64,000 nucleotides of DNA from Octopus vulgaris (Eukaryota). Position 1 is the stretch's first letter. Each line of letters begins with the position of its first letter. The position numbers were made by a program, and so were the translations under genes. Under the pieces are notes generated by a model. The model saw nothing but the letters and a program-made list of their open reading frames with translations, was not told where the DNA came from and searched no databases. Shown here piece after piece: positions 26,116 to 39,159 of this stretch. The stretch lies in NCBI GenBank assembly GCA_951406725.2, contig OX597816.1, forward strand, positions 121,768,001-121,832,000, written 5' to 3'.

Positions 26116-28109
26116 CTGGAAGAAAAAAAATACAAACATATATATATCACCATCCTATCCTAACATCCATAAGACAAGTCTTATAATTGATGTAATTTTT
26201 CTATGGTCAGACACTTTTCCTGTTACCAGCCTTCACTAGTTTCCTAGCAGGACAATATTTGCTACAGTCTTTCATATGAGAGCTGGACATAAAACAGCAG
26301 TTGTAAATAAAGACAGTCTATATGGTGACTGTTTATTCTGCATACATGCTTATGCAACACTCAATATCAAGACTAGGGGAAGATGCACGCGTGCACATGC
26401 ACACACACACACACACACACAAAGCTTTGTATAGTTCCTACTGACAATTTTACTCACAAAGCCTTGAGGTGACCATTACTATAATCACCTTAGGGCAGGT
26501 GCCTCTAGAAATAGACATCTACCCTCAGTGCCATGTTAGGAGGAAGCTGAAATCACATGGTTGTGAAGTAAACTGCTTAACCTCGTGTGTGTGTTACAAT
26601 AATAATAATCAAAATACGGTACAAGGCTGGTAGAAATTGGGATGAGATGGTGGGTGGAACAATGGGTTAGTTGATTAATCCATTAGCATTTAAACTAGTC
26701 CAGAAATTCTTGATTTATGTTTAAACTGGCCAGATCCAGGTTTTCACACCTATCCAATCATGTCATTCTAAAATTAAACAATCATTTGATCAAAATCTTG
26801 AAGCATCAAGATAACATATAATTAATTCATAATAATGTGGATGCATTAGCATTACATTCGACAGAGCAATCTAAACATTAAAGGGTTAAATTAACATAGG
26901 TACTTGACAGGTACTGTATTTTCTTGACTTAGAGGCATAAAGGGTTAAGTTGACATTGTGACAGAATTTGAACCCAGAACAAATTTGAAGCCAGAATAAA
27001 TATTGACCTCAAATTTTGGTATAATGCAATTACATCGACCCCAGAGTTCAGCAGGTACTATTTTATTGACCCCAGAAGGATGACAAGCAAAGTCGTCCTT
27101 GGTGGAATTTGAACTCAGAATGTAAAGACAGACAAAATGCTGCTAAGCATTTTTCCTGGTGTGCTAACAATTCTGTCAGCTCACTGCCAAAGAGCCAGAA
27201 TAAATATTCCAAGGCATTTTGTTTGGTACCCTAATGATTTTACTAATTCACTGCAATAGCAGTAGTAGTAGTAAATTCTGAAATCGTTAATAATGCCACA
27301 AATTTTGAAGACAAGATATAGTCAAAGAATTCAGTGCTTGACTGGAATGTATTTTACTGACCTCATTGAAAGGATGAATGTCAAAGTGGCCCTGAGAATA
27401 TAAAGGAGGCATCTAAATATCACAAGATACAAACATCAAGTTTATGGGTGAAGAAACTTGATTGTATCAAAACTAGTATTTCCCTGCTTCTCTGGTACTT
27501 ATTTTATCAAACTCAGAATGTAATGGGATGGCTAAATGCCAAAAAGTATTTTGTTCAATACTTATCTCATTGCTTTATTTTTTTTTTATATATATAAAAT
27601 TATATTTTACATAGGCACAAAACCACAAATTTTGGATGGGGAAATCGTTTATTAAATATGTTACATTATTGACCACAGACGGATGAAAAATAAAGTTGAC
27701 CTCAGCAGGACTTGAACTAAGAACATAAAGAGTCAGAATAAATATTGTGTGGCATTTTGCTTGATACTTTAACAATCCTACCAACCCACCACTTAGGCTT
27801 AATTTCAAGGGTTTACATCCTCATCTGCCCTTAAAGTCCAAACAGTATGAAGATTCATTCAAGATTCTGTCTGCAGCTTGAAGAAGCTTAGGAGACACTA
27901 GCATCAGTTACTTAAAACAACCCCCCAGTATTTGGTTGGTACTTATTTTATCAATCCTAGAAGGTTGACAGGCAAAGTAAGCTCAGAACATAAAAAGCCA
28001 GAAACAAAGAACACAAAGCATTCTGTTCAACAAACAATTCTGCCAACCCATCATTTATTAAAGGACACACATAAAAAGATCAAGAGTAAAATTTAATCCA
28101 AATTTCATC

Positions 28110-28510
28110 TCATACTCTTTTACTTGTTTCAGTCATTTGACTGCAGCCATGCTGGAGCACTGCCTTGAAGGGTTTTAGTTGTAGAAATTGATCCCAGGAC
28201 TTATTTCTTAAGCCTAGTACTTATCCTATCAGTCATCTTTGCCAAACTGCTAAGTTACAAGGATGTAAACACACCAACACTAGTTGTCAAGCATTAATTG
28301 GGGGGGAAACAAACACAAAGACACACATAGATATATACATTTATGAATGTGTGTGTATGTATATACACACACATTTATGTGTCTACCAAGGCTTTGGTCG
28401 GTCCGAGGTAATAGTAGGAAACACTTGTCCATGATGTCATACAGTGGGACTGAACCTGGAACTGTGTGGTTGGAAAGCAAGTTTCTTACCACACAGTCAT
28501 GCCTGCATCT
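28110..28510 (-). mobile_element. tRNA-derived SINE (CORE-like, second family)
   Basis: Head tgtgtggtaagaaacttgctttccaaccacacagttccaggttcagtccca; related copies at about 48215-48540 (+), 49510-49735 (-) and 57825-57990 (+). Confidence 0.7.
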
Positions 28511-31500
28511 ATGGAACTACTTAATAGAACAGAGGTCTATAAAGTGTCAGTTGCCAGGTCTTAGATGTATGATGGAAGGATGCAAACAGGCAGCTGAGTG
28601 GATAGGGGTCACAACAGTCTACAAACCCATGGATAGGAAACTTGTATTTTGCTGGTTGTACTGTAACAGGTCTATAGTTAAAACAAGTTAATTTGAAATG
28701 CTCCAGTCCAGATATTTATAAGTCATACCACAAGGTAGCACTATGAAACAAGCAGTTTGTTAGCTTCTAGAGTTAGTAAAGACTAGTGTGCAATAAATAT
28801 ATTTACTCCAGTGATTCATATGATCATCGTTTAACGTCTGCTTTCCATGCTAGCATGGGTTGGACGATGTGACTGAGGACTGGTAAACCAGATGGCTGCA
28901 CCAGGCTCCATCTTGATCTGGCAGAGTTTCTACAGCTGGATGCCCTTCCTAACGCCAACTACTCCTAGAGTGTAGTGGGTGCTTTTACGTGCCACCGGCA
29001 CAAAGGCCAGTCAGGCGGTATTGGCAATGGCCACGAAAAAATCTTTTTTTAAATTTTTATCCCAAATTTTTACAGATTTATCTGTCCACTCTGCTGGGTT
29101 GTTGGTGTAAGAAAGGCCATCCAGCAGCAAAAACCACGTCAAAAGAAATACAGAAGTCTGGTGCAGGCTTCTGTCAAACCATCCAACTTATGCCAGAATG
29201 GAAGGCAGATATTAAATGATGATGATCTCTGGGTTTGCAAGAAACAATGTGGAAAAACAAACAAAAATTACATGAATAAATAAACTGGCACATTCTGTCA
29301 GATACGACGACGAAGGTTCCAGTTGATCCCATCAATGGAAGAGCCTGCTCATGAAATTAACATGCAAGTGGCTGAGCACTCCACAGACATGTATACCCTT
29401 AACATAGTTCCCAGGGAGATTCAGTATGACACAGAATGTGATAAGGCTGTCCCTTTAAAATACAGGTACAGCTAAGTTTTGCCAGCAGAGTGGACTGGAG
29501 CAACATGAAATAAAGTGTCTTGCTCAAGGACACACCATACTGCCAGGAATTGAACTTACGTTCTTGTGATTGTGAGCTGAATAGCCTAACCACTAAGCCA
29601 TGTGCCTTCACGTAAATAAATATTAGAACAGATGAAAATTTTTGGGTGATGGGCAGCAATGGAAGTTTATGATTATTTCTTCCACCTTAAATCTATTACA
29701 TAGTACATACAGTATGTGTGTATATTATATTCTTTTATATCATTCCTGTGTCTCTTCAAGGAGTGGGCAGACAATAGGCTAATTAGTTTTTCATTGACTT
29801 AGCTGAATTTTATTGTAGAGGTTCAACACAGTTCATGATGTAAATGCAGCTAATGCACGACAATAGTAATGAGCATGATAATAATAATAATAATAATTAG
29901 AAAAATAATAATCATAATATAACTAGCATAAAAATAAATAATAGTTTGTCTCTTTTGACTACTTCATTGTTCTAACCAACATCCAAAGTATATGCAGAAA
30001 CCAGTTTGACTGGCAACAGTCATCAGTTTATGAACATGAGCAAAATATCTGATGCTATAAATAATTAATCAATAGGGAAAAAAAATAATAGGATAAAAAT
30101 ATTTGCCCTACTTTTATTTTATTTTGCTTTATTTTATTCATTTATTTTAGTTATTTATAAAATTAATCCCCACTGAACATTATGTGGTCATATGATCAAG
30201 AAATTGTTTCTCAGTCACGTGATACTAGGTTTCATTCCTCAACATGGTTCCAGTGTCTTCTACCATAGCCTTGGGTCAACTAATGTCTTGTGAGTAAAAT
30301 TAGGTCGACAAAAACTGTGCAGAAGCTTGAAGGATGAGCAGTCCCAATTCTTATGTGATAGACTTAATCTGTCACCAAATTTAATACCACCACCACCAGA
30401 GCCTTGGGTGGAGAGGATTCACTGTAAGGCAATTATTCTGAATATATTTCCAACCCGAGAATTATTTGACATTTTGATATGTTGTTTCTTAATGCAACAA
30501 TCTTTGAACTAGTAGTTCCCTTCCATTCAAGGAAGCCCTGTAATAAAATGTCATGAGTAATGCCCTTTCTCCTTTAGTTAAGCAAAAAATAACCCTAAAA
30601 TATAGCTGAGTGTGATATATAGACTGTCAGCAGGAACTTAAGAAAAAACAAAAATGAGAAACAATAGGCTTCTGCATGCAAGAACATAAATTAACTCCAT
30701 GTTTCTGGCTTCAAGTCTCAGGTTTTTAGTTTTAAATAGAATTTAGTCAGATAATGGTGTTAATGAGAAGTTGCTGGAGTAGTGGTAATTATGATATATG
30801 ACTGTGCTTCAGCCTTGATCTATCAGTAGAGATAAATTGGTCAAACGGACAATGCTGGGTTTCAGAGAAATGATTTTATTGTGTGTTGCCTCAGTTTTTC
30901 CACCTGTCAAAAATAGGTGCTAGATTATCTTGGAATGTTGCTGATGATGGATTACTGTGTTATCCAGGGAAAAAGAATTTTGTCATCCACTTGATGATAT
31001 AAAACTAGTTTTTACAACTGATCATAAAAAGGGCTATGACTAAAACAAAATTTACCAAATTTTTTCCTTTTAATTCTGGCCTTCCTTAATACAGTCAAAT
31101 GGCTGACATTGATGAGTCAACACGACAACCTGCTAGAAATAGTAATCCAACTTCCCTTAAATTGCATACCCAATAGTTAAAAAAAAAAGAACCACTGTAG
31201 ATAAGGTAGTCCCAGATACATTATGACTGATGAAAAATACATTGGATGGTTATGGCTGGAACATCTTTGATCATAGGCCTGTTTGATCAAATTAAACACC
31301 AAAAAGAATATAACAAAAGTGACATTACAAATGAACAAAATCTAAATGGAATTTTCCTCACAAGGACTAAATATTTGATGCCTGTCGCTGAGGTCAGAAA
31401 CAAAAAAAAAAACATGAAATAAAGAGAGACCAGCTGACAAGTTGATTTATATACTCAGAATGCTTTCAAACCCTCTTGAACAAATGAAAGACCAAGCGGC

Positions 31501-31565
31501 TTTCTTTCACTAATGTGAAATTGTGGTCATTAATACAGAGGGAATATTGAACAATGATACACATA

Positions 31566-31729
31566 CAAGGTGTGTTCAAAAAGCATCCAACTTTTATTTT
31601 TTCTCACTAAAACTAAATCCTTTGGATAAGAGGTGATGCCACCCTTCTTGCACACGCATGAAAATTTGTGTTGGTAGGCTGTGTCAGTTCCTGGCTGTTA
31701 CACTTAGAGTACTTCTTGAACACACCTCA
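31566..31729. mobile_element. Mariner-derived MITE / internal deletion derivative
   Basis: TA-flanked TIRs caaggtgtgttcaaaaag / cttcttgaacacacctca. Confidence 0.75.
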
Positions 31730-31901
31730 TAAATGCATACACAGATATATCTACATGCAAGTATATATATCTAGACACATGTAATTTTTAACACTTTAGT
31801 TGAGTCCAAGAAATGAATTCTTTGTGAAGTGTTAGTGTCTCCATCCCCAAACATGTCCTAATCTTTCTAAGTGCCCCACAGTCTCAATAAACACCACATT
31901 A

Positions 31902-32131
31902 ATTTCTTTATTGCCCACAAGGAGCTAAACATAGAGGGGACAAACAAGGACAGACAAAGGGATTAAGTCAATTACATCGACCCCAGTGCGTAACTCGTAC
32001 TTAATTTATCGACCCCTAAAGGATGAAAGGCAAAGTCGACCTTGGCAGAATTTGAACTCAGAACGTAACGGCAGACGAAATACCGCTAAGCATTTCGCCG
32101 GTGTGCTAACGTTTCTGTCAGCTCGCCACCT
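31902..32131 (-). mobile_element. Young tRNA-headed SINE (type A tail) with TSD
   Basis: Head ggtggcgagctgacagaaacgttagc...gagttcaaattc, central gtcgactttgcctttcatcc..gtcgataaa; TSD aataaa(c/t)accaca at 31886-31898 and 32134-32146; near-identical copies at 35239-35470 and 56590-56820. Confidence 0.9.
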
Positions 32132-34139
32132 TTAATAAATACCACACTACTAAATTAAAACCTCTACCTTTATAAAGTACATTAACACCCATCATTGCAA
32201 AACATTTTTTTCACATTTGAAACTAAAAATGAAATTAACTTAATCAATAGACTGGCAGACATGTTAGAGCATCAGAATAAATACCTCACAGTATTTCTCC
32301 CAGTTCTTTATGTTCCAAGTTCAAATACCACCAAGATCTCTTCAGAATGAATAAAATAAAGTACCAGGATTGATCTAATCAACAAACCACTTTCCCCAAA
32401 TTTCAGGCTTCATAAATTTATTTCTATGTTAAAATCAATTGTTATTAAAACGGATGAGGTCAGTGGAATCAGAGCTTCAGAATAATCTTCACATTCTCAG
32501 ATCGAATCACACTAAGGTCAACTTATTAATAAACTAAGGTGCCAATCAAGTACTAGAGTTGATTTAATCAACACAATCCCTCCCACAAAATTTCAGGCTT
32601 TGTTCCTATGATAAAAAGATTTATATTTTATTCTGGATTGGAAGAATAAATATAGTATCAGACTATACATCTTATGGTATTTCTTGCAGATCTTTGCATT
32701 CTGAATTGAAATTCCACCAATGTCAATGAAATAAAAACCCATTTCTTTTAAAATTGCTGGCCTTGTGCCAAAATCATCATCCTCATGGCAGTGGCAGCAT
32801 GAGGATTGGCAGAATCATTAGAGTCAGCCAAAATACCTTACAATGTTTTTTTTTTATATTTATGCTGAAAGTTCAAATCCTGTAAGGGTCAACTTTGCTT
32901 TTCCGCCTTCCAGAGTAAAAATAAAAAAAGAATTAAAAAAAATAAAGTACCACTCAAGACTTGGGCTCAATAGTGTTGGTTAACTTTCACCCCTTGTCAT
33001 CATCGTTGTCGTTGGTGGCGTCGGCGTCATCATCATCATTATTATAGACATCACACAGTATACAATATCGTGAGGTTGTTGACTGAAGATATTGTGTCTA
33101 CTGGGAGTCTGTACTGTTTGTCAAGTCACAATAAGGACCTCAGACAGACAGTACTTTATGCAATATGCATGCAGTTCCAAGTAATGCCAACTTTTACAAT
33201 ACACCTATATTGTAGGATATTTCTAAAGTTTTCAAATGTTTTTTCAGATTGGGTGGTATTGAACCCAATGCTCCAATGACAATAGGAATAACCTTTATGT
33301 TTAACTCTCATAGCTGCCACATCTTAGCAATTTCAATTCTCAGGTCTCCATATTCATCAACCTTTTCTCTTTCTTTCATGATATGGTGATTTCCTGACAC
33401 TGCCATGTTAATTAGTAGGCACTCTATTGTTGTTATTGTTAAGATGGTTAGCAGGCAGAATTGCTAAAACACTGGACAAAATGCTTAGCTACTTTTTGTC
33501 TGTCTCTACATATGCGTTCAAATTCCTAAGTCAACTTTGCCTTTCATCCTTCCAGGGTTGATAAGATAAGTACCAGTTGAGTACTGATGTTGATGTCATC
33601 ATCAACTAGCACCTTCCGCTGAAATTGCTGGCTTTGTTCCAAAATTTGAAACCACTATTACTATTATTAATATTAAAGGAGGTAGACTGGCAAAATTGTC
33701 AGAGCATCAGAAATAAGGTTGTATGGTATTTGTTTGGGCTCTTTACATTTTAAGTTCAAACCTTGCCGATGTCAACTTTGCCTTCAATCCATTCGGTGTC
33801 AATAAATAATTTATCAAATATTAGGATTGATGGTACTGACTAATCTTTTCTCTTCAAAACTGTTGGATTAAAGCTTGATTAGAAACAATATACCCATGCC
33901 AGCATGGGAGGTAGATGTTGATGATGATGATACAAAATAATAATAATTGTTTTAAAGTTTTGGCACAAGGCCAGCAATTTTAGGGAGAAAGGGATTGTTG
34001 ATTACAACAGCTCTTGTACCCTGCTGGTACTTATTTTATCAACTCCAAAAGGATGAAAGGCAAAGCCGACCTTGACAAGATTTGAACTCAGAATGTAAAG
34101 TGTTCGAAGAAAGGCTGCTAAGCACTTTGTCTACCAAAT

Positions 34140-34890
34140 CACTGCTTTAATAATAAAAGTATAGAATAGACAACACTACCAATAGTGACAAATGCAGAAT
34201 GTATGGTGAGAGGGGTGAAATGGTATGGCACATTGTTAGTGAATGCCCGAAATTGGCACAATGCAAATACAAAAGATGCCATGACAATGTGGCAAGAATG
34301 ATCCATTGGGAACTCTGTGGAAATCATGGTCTACAAAGAGCAAAGATGTGGTATCAGTAAATCCTAGAAGGAGTCACCAAAAATGAGAATTGCAAAATCC
34401 TATGGGATGCAATGATCCAGTGAAATCACCTGACCAGACATAAGAAACCGGACATTGTTGTAGTAAATAAAAAAGAAAGAACATGTACGATAATTGACAT
34501 AGCATGCCCTGGTGACAACAGGATCAATGTGAAAGAAGAAAAAGTAAACAACTATGACGATTTAAAGTGGGAAAGAAGAAAAAATAAACAACTATGACGA
34601 TTTAAAGTAGGAAATATGAAGGTTGTTGTCAATGAAGAGAGTAGACATGATACCAATTGTAATTGGTGCACTTGGAAGTATCAGCACTCAACTACTAATA
34701 TGGCTGAAAAAGATCATTGCAAGTGTGAAGGTAGAACATCTACAAAAATCAGCATTGCTTAGAACTGCAAGAATTCTTCGCAGGGTTCTTGAAGTATGAC
34801 AAGTAAAAGAAGTGTTACCTTAGTCTGTGTGCTGTGGACAACTGACACTTTTTATCATATCCAGCAATATAAGCTGTGAGTTTTAATACA
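34140..34890 (+). mobile_element. Dong/R4-clade non-LTR retrotransposon 3' fragment (CCHC finger plus restriction-like endonuclease)
   Basis: CRMYG...WHIVSECPKLAQ..YKRCHDNVARMIHWELC, KPDIVV, IIDIACPGD, IPIVIGALG, LQKSALLRTARILRRVL*; ends at a TAA run; 40-bp internal duplication 34531-34610. Confidence 0.88.
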
Positions 34891-34899
34891 ATAATAATA

Positions 34900-35700
34900 C
34901 TTTCTTCTATAGGCACATGGCATAAATTTTTTTAGGGAGGGAATAATTCGATCATATCGACCTCAGGGTGTAACTGGTACTTATTTTATCGACTCTGAAA
35001 GGATGAAAGGCAAAGTCGACCTCGGTGGAATTTGAACTCAGAACGTAAGGACAGACAAAATTCTGCTAAGCATTTTGCCCAGCATGCTAATAATTCTGCT
35101 AGCTTGCGACCTTAATAATAATAATCCTTTCTACTAAAGGCACAAAGCCTGAAATTTGGGAGGCGGGGTCTAGTCGATTACATTGACCCTAGAACTTTGT
35201 CTAGCATAAGCATTTTATTCAGCATGCTAACAATTCTTATTTCTTTATTGCCCACAAGGGGCTAAACATAGAGCGGACAAACAAGGATAGACAAAGGGAT
35301 TAAGTCGATTACATCGACCCCAGTGCGTAACTGGTACTTAATTTATCGACCTCAAAAGAATGAAAGGCAAAGCTGACCTCGGCGGAATTTGAACTCAGAA
35401 TGTAATGGCAGACAAAATACCGCTAAGCATTTCGCCCAGCATGCTAACGATTCTGCCAGCTCATCACCTTCTTAATAATATTTCAAATTTTTACCACAAG
35501 GGCAGCTTGGAGGAAGTAGGGAAGAGTCGATTACATCAACCCCTGTATTCAACTGATACTTATTTTATCAATCCCTAAAGGATGAAAGGTAAAGTTGACC
35601 TCGGCAGTATTTGAACTCAGAACGTAAAGACAGATGAAATACTGCTAAGCATTTTATTGAGCATGCTAACAATTCTGCCAGCTCACCACCTTAATAATAA
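34900..35700 (-). mobile_element. Cluster of four co-oriented SINE copies with different tails
   Basis: Repeated head and central domain at about 34900-35112, 35125-35237 (internally deleted), 35239-35470 and 35480-35692, mostly separated by taataa tracts. Confidence 0.85.
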
Positions 35701-36200
35701 TAGATATTATAATGGTTGTTTCTTGTTGGGCATGACATGTTTATGTATTGCTCTAGTTTGGAGGAACATACAAGGTGGATGACTTGCACAGTTGTTAAAA
35801 CCTCGGATACAATACTTTGCAGTATTTGTCCCAACACTTTACACTCCGAGTTCAAATCCTAATTTTCATCATTTTGAAGTTGATAAATGAAGTAGCAGTC
35901 AAGTACAGAGGCTGATCCTGCTTTCTACACCTCACTGTTTCTTCCTCTTTCTCACCCCACTCTCTCTCTTTCTTTCTCTCTCAAAACATTCAGACCTGGA
36001 GAGATGGGTTTCAACTGGTATAAAGCATCCAGAATGTAGCATGTGTCTTTACAGCACTCCTATGACTTCACTGCAGATAGATATATGGAGAATTATTTCT
36101 TAGAATATCGCAGATTTATTACACCCCTTGCCAGCAAAAGAATGCCTGAATAACAGGGTTTGCATAATTTAATATCAAAACTAACAACAAAAATACTCAC

Positions 36201-36274
36201 CGATATTGTTCCATTATCTAGACCAACGAATAGCCGTCGGGTTTCACCATTATAATCCATAGCAGTTGCAGCAG
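36201..36274 (-). CDS. WDFY2: WDFY2 coding exon (AATAMDYNGETRRLFVGLDNGTIS)
   Basis: ETRRL..GLDNGTIS motif; AG/GT bounded, 74 nt. Confidence 0.96.
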
Positions 36275-37526
36275 CTGAAATGTAACAAAGCAGAAATATC
36301 TGAAGTGAAGCAACATAATAGTAATAATACTGAGTGCAAGAGACAAAGAGAGGCTATTAAAATTAACATAATTGTTCATTTTATGAATAATAGCATTGTA
36401 ACTGACAAGTCTTCTATGAGCCAAGCACAGCTTCAGTGCCGTTACAATGGCAAGAGCGACAAAGGAGCATCTTTGTAATGCTGGCACAATAAATACTACA
36501 AAGTATTTTTGTTTGAAAGCACAGAGTTATCAGTCCAATGTTTACATCTTTTGTCAAAATATATTGGTAAAAGATATACTCACACAAAGGCACACATAGA
36601 CACGCCCACACTAGCCTTACTAACTTTGGAACACTTGGTTGCCACATATTTTGAAGCTGTTACAAGTGTTACAGTCTTGTTACTTGTGTGAGGAAATCTA
36701 TCTTGTCAGCAACATTGGACTTAAGGTACTTGAAGTCAGGGACCCTGAATTGAGTTGTGTGCCATCACTGAACAAATTAGCAAGTGGTTTCCATCTTCAA
36801 TGGCAGTCATGTATTCACACTGCTTTGCAGTCTTCTCTATGGAGCCATGGATTATGAAAAAAGCTTTAGGATTGTCTTGAGAGTACAAACACTAAGCTTC
36901 CAGTGAGGACCCAAAACACCTTGACATGAGCACATGTCAAAGAGAAGATTTATGGACACATTCCACCTATCCCTATTATTGGTAGGCTTTGATGGCCATT
37001 ACTAGTGTGCTCAACACCAAACCATACCAAGTGCTGTATTTTGTTAACTTTTACACTCTAATAAAAGAAAAGAACCACTCAACTGCATTGATGTTATTGG
37101 CACAGACTCACAAGAAACTGAGGGTCCATTAAAACTAATTGGGGAGAGAGATTCCTGTTGTGGAATAAAGAAATACATCTTCATTGTGACTACTTGAAGA
37201 ATATGCATGCATGCATGCACATAAAATTGTTGTCCTGCACATCAGTAAAGCATTTCACTTCCAGCTAAGTAGTTCCATTATGGACTGCAGTGGTTACCAT
37301 TATTTTTTATTGTAATATTTTGTCAGACCACTATTACAGTTTGTATTGGATAGGCTTTTTTATTCAAATTCTCTGAATTCAGGTGCTCTACAAGGTCCAG
37401 TTATGTCTCCCAAATGCAGTAATGATCTAATGACTGCTACTTGCATGCATGCACACACACACAAACACACACAAAGTAAATAATACTACCAGGTACTGCT
37501 CCATAATCCTCCACACACAAAATGAT

Positions 37527-37780
37527 ATTGTGACAGGGAGCTCCTCTATAAAGCACACATCCACAGAGAGCTCCTCTGTACAGCATATATTGTGACACAA
37601 AGCTCTTCTATACAGCAGGTGTTGTGATAGAGAGCACATCTGTATAGCATGCATGATGACCTCTATACAGCATATATAATGACAGAAAGCTCATCTATAC
37701 ATGTATTCTGATAGAAAGCTGCTTTATATAGCACAATCTTGTGCTCAAGAGCTCTAAACAAATGCTGCGAGAGAGCTCTA
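37527..37780 (+). repeat. Degenerate minisatellite, unit about 31 bp
   Basis: About 7-8 diverged copies of ttgtgacagagagctcctctatacagcatata. Confidence 0.75.
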
Positions 37781-39159
37781 AACCTCATGAGCAACACAAA
37801 GTTCTGACAATAAACTGCAAATGACATTGTGACAATAGTCGATCAAAAGTTTCCAAATGATTAGTGTTAAGTAGAGCCTGAAGGCAGGAAGCTTTTCAAA
37901 GGAATATGAAAACACCTCTGCCAAATGTTACATTCACTTTAGCAATCATGTGTTCAGATATATAATCTATTAATTTTAAGTAAACAGTGGAAAAAAGTCA
38001 ATCAACTTAGTCTACCATCTGATGCTAATCAGTTAAAGTATGGCAGATGTAAATTTTATCCTTGATATATTAATAGGTTTGTACTGAAGCCAAGTCTTAA
38101 TATGCAGTTAGTTGATCTGGCTTTGATAGACTTACATATATCTATCACATAGCTTCTTTGATAAAAATATGTAGTCCCAGTTGTTATTTAACCTCAGGTT
38201 GGCTCTGACAGAGAAAACCCACATCCAAAGGTAGTTCCAGTTATGATAATCTAAGTTTTTATTTTTTGAAATTTGCTTGCAAGCATTCCCCATGTTACAG
38301 CCACCTCAGGTTGCGTGATTTTATGGAAATTGTAAGGCATGACCATTAATTTTGGGATATGGTCCATAATTTTGCTCTTACGGAAACTTGTATTGCATAG
38401 TTTTAAATTATTAACAATTTAAAACTACACTTTCTTCTTAGCTCAATGGCCACTTGCATTTTAGTTAAGATCAAAGTACATATTTAACAATTTGAAAAAT
38501 TATCATCACATCACACACACATATGTATATATAATGTACTTAATGTGATTGTGTGTGTGTGTGTGTGTGTGTTTCTATCATCATCATGAGCAGAAAGACC
38601 AACAGCAACAGTAATATGAAGACAAGCAAATCCATTTCAAATAAAAACATATAAAGTGGTATCCTAGCATATTTAAAAGTTGAATGAAATATGTCATCTT
38701 AGGTCTATGAAGACTGACTTGAGTCTAAACAGCCACAGCAATAAAGTTAGTAAGAACAGTATAACACCAACAACACCTGCCCACCGTCACTAATATCTAA
38801 ACCAATGCAACCCAGATTATCACCACTATCAACCCACCAACTTTTGAATCCAACTGTCAACAGATATCAGCATGTATGCTAACACATGCTTGCATGACTG
38901 TGTGTCTGAAGTCAGAAATGCAAGAGGTGAACTATGTATAAAATCTGGTGAACTGTAAGCTATCATCATGTAGTATTTTCTCTTCCTCAGTCATTCCTTT
39001 TTATCTCATTTTCACTATTACATTGATAGAAATAAGACAATTTTCTGCTCCTACAAATCAGATTTTTCCTGGGTCAATGTCTTTTACTACATATTTGTTG
39101 TGGATGATTAATCGCTGCTGCTGTTGAATTCACCTTCAATTCAAACAACCCTGAAGGCA

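Noticed and set aside
37527-37780. CRISPR-like periodicity
   Set aside because: Eukaryotic intron, contiguous diverged units without unique spacers, no cas genes.
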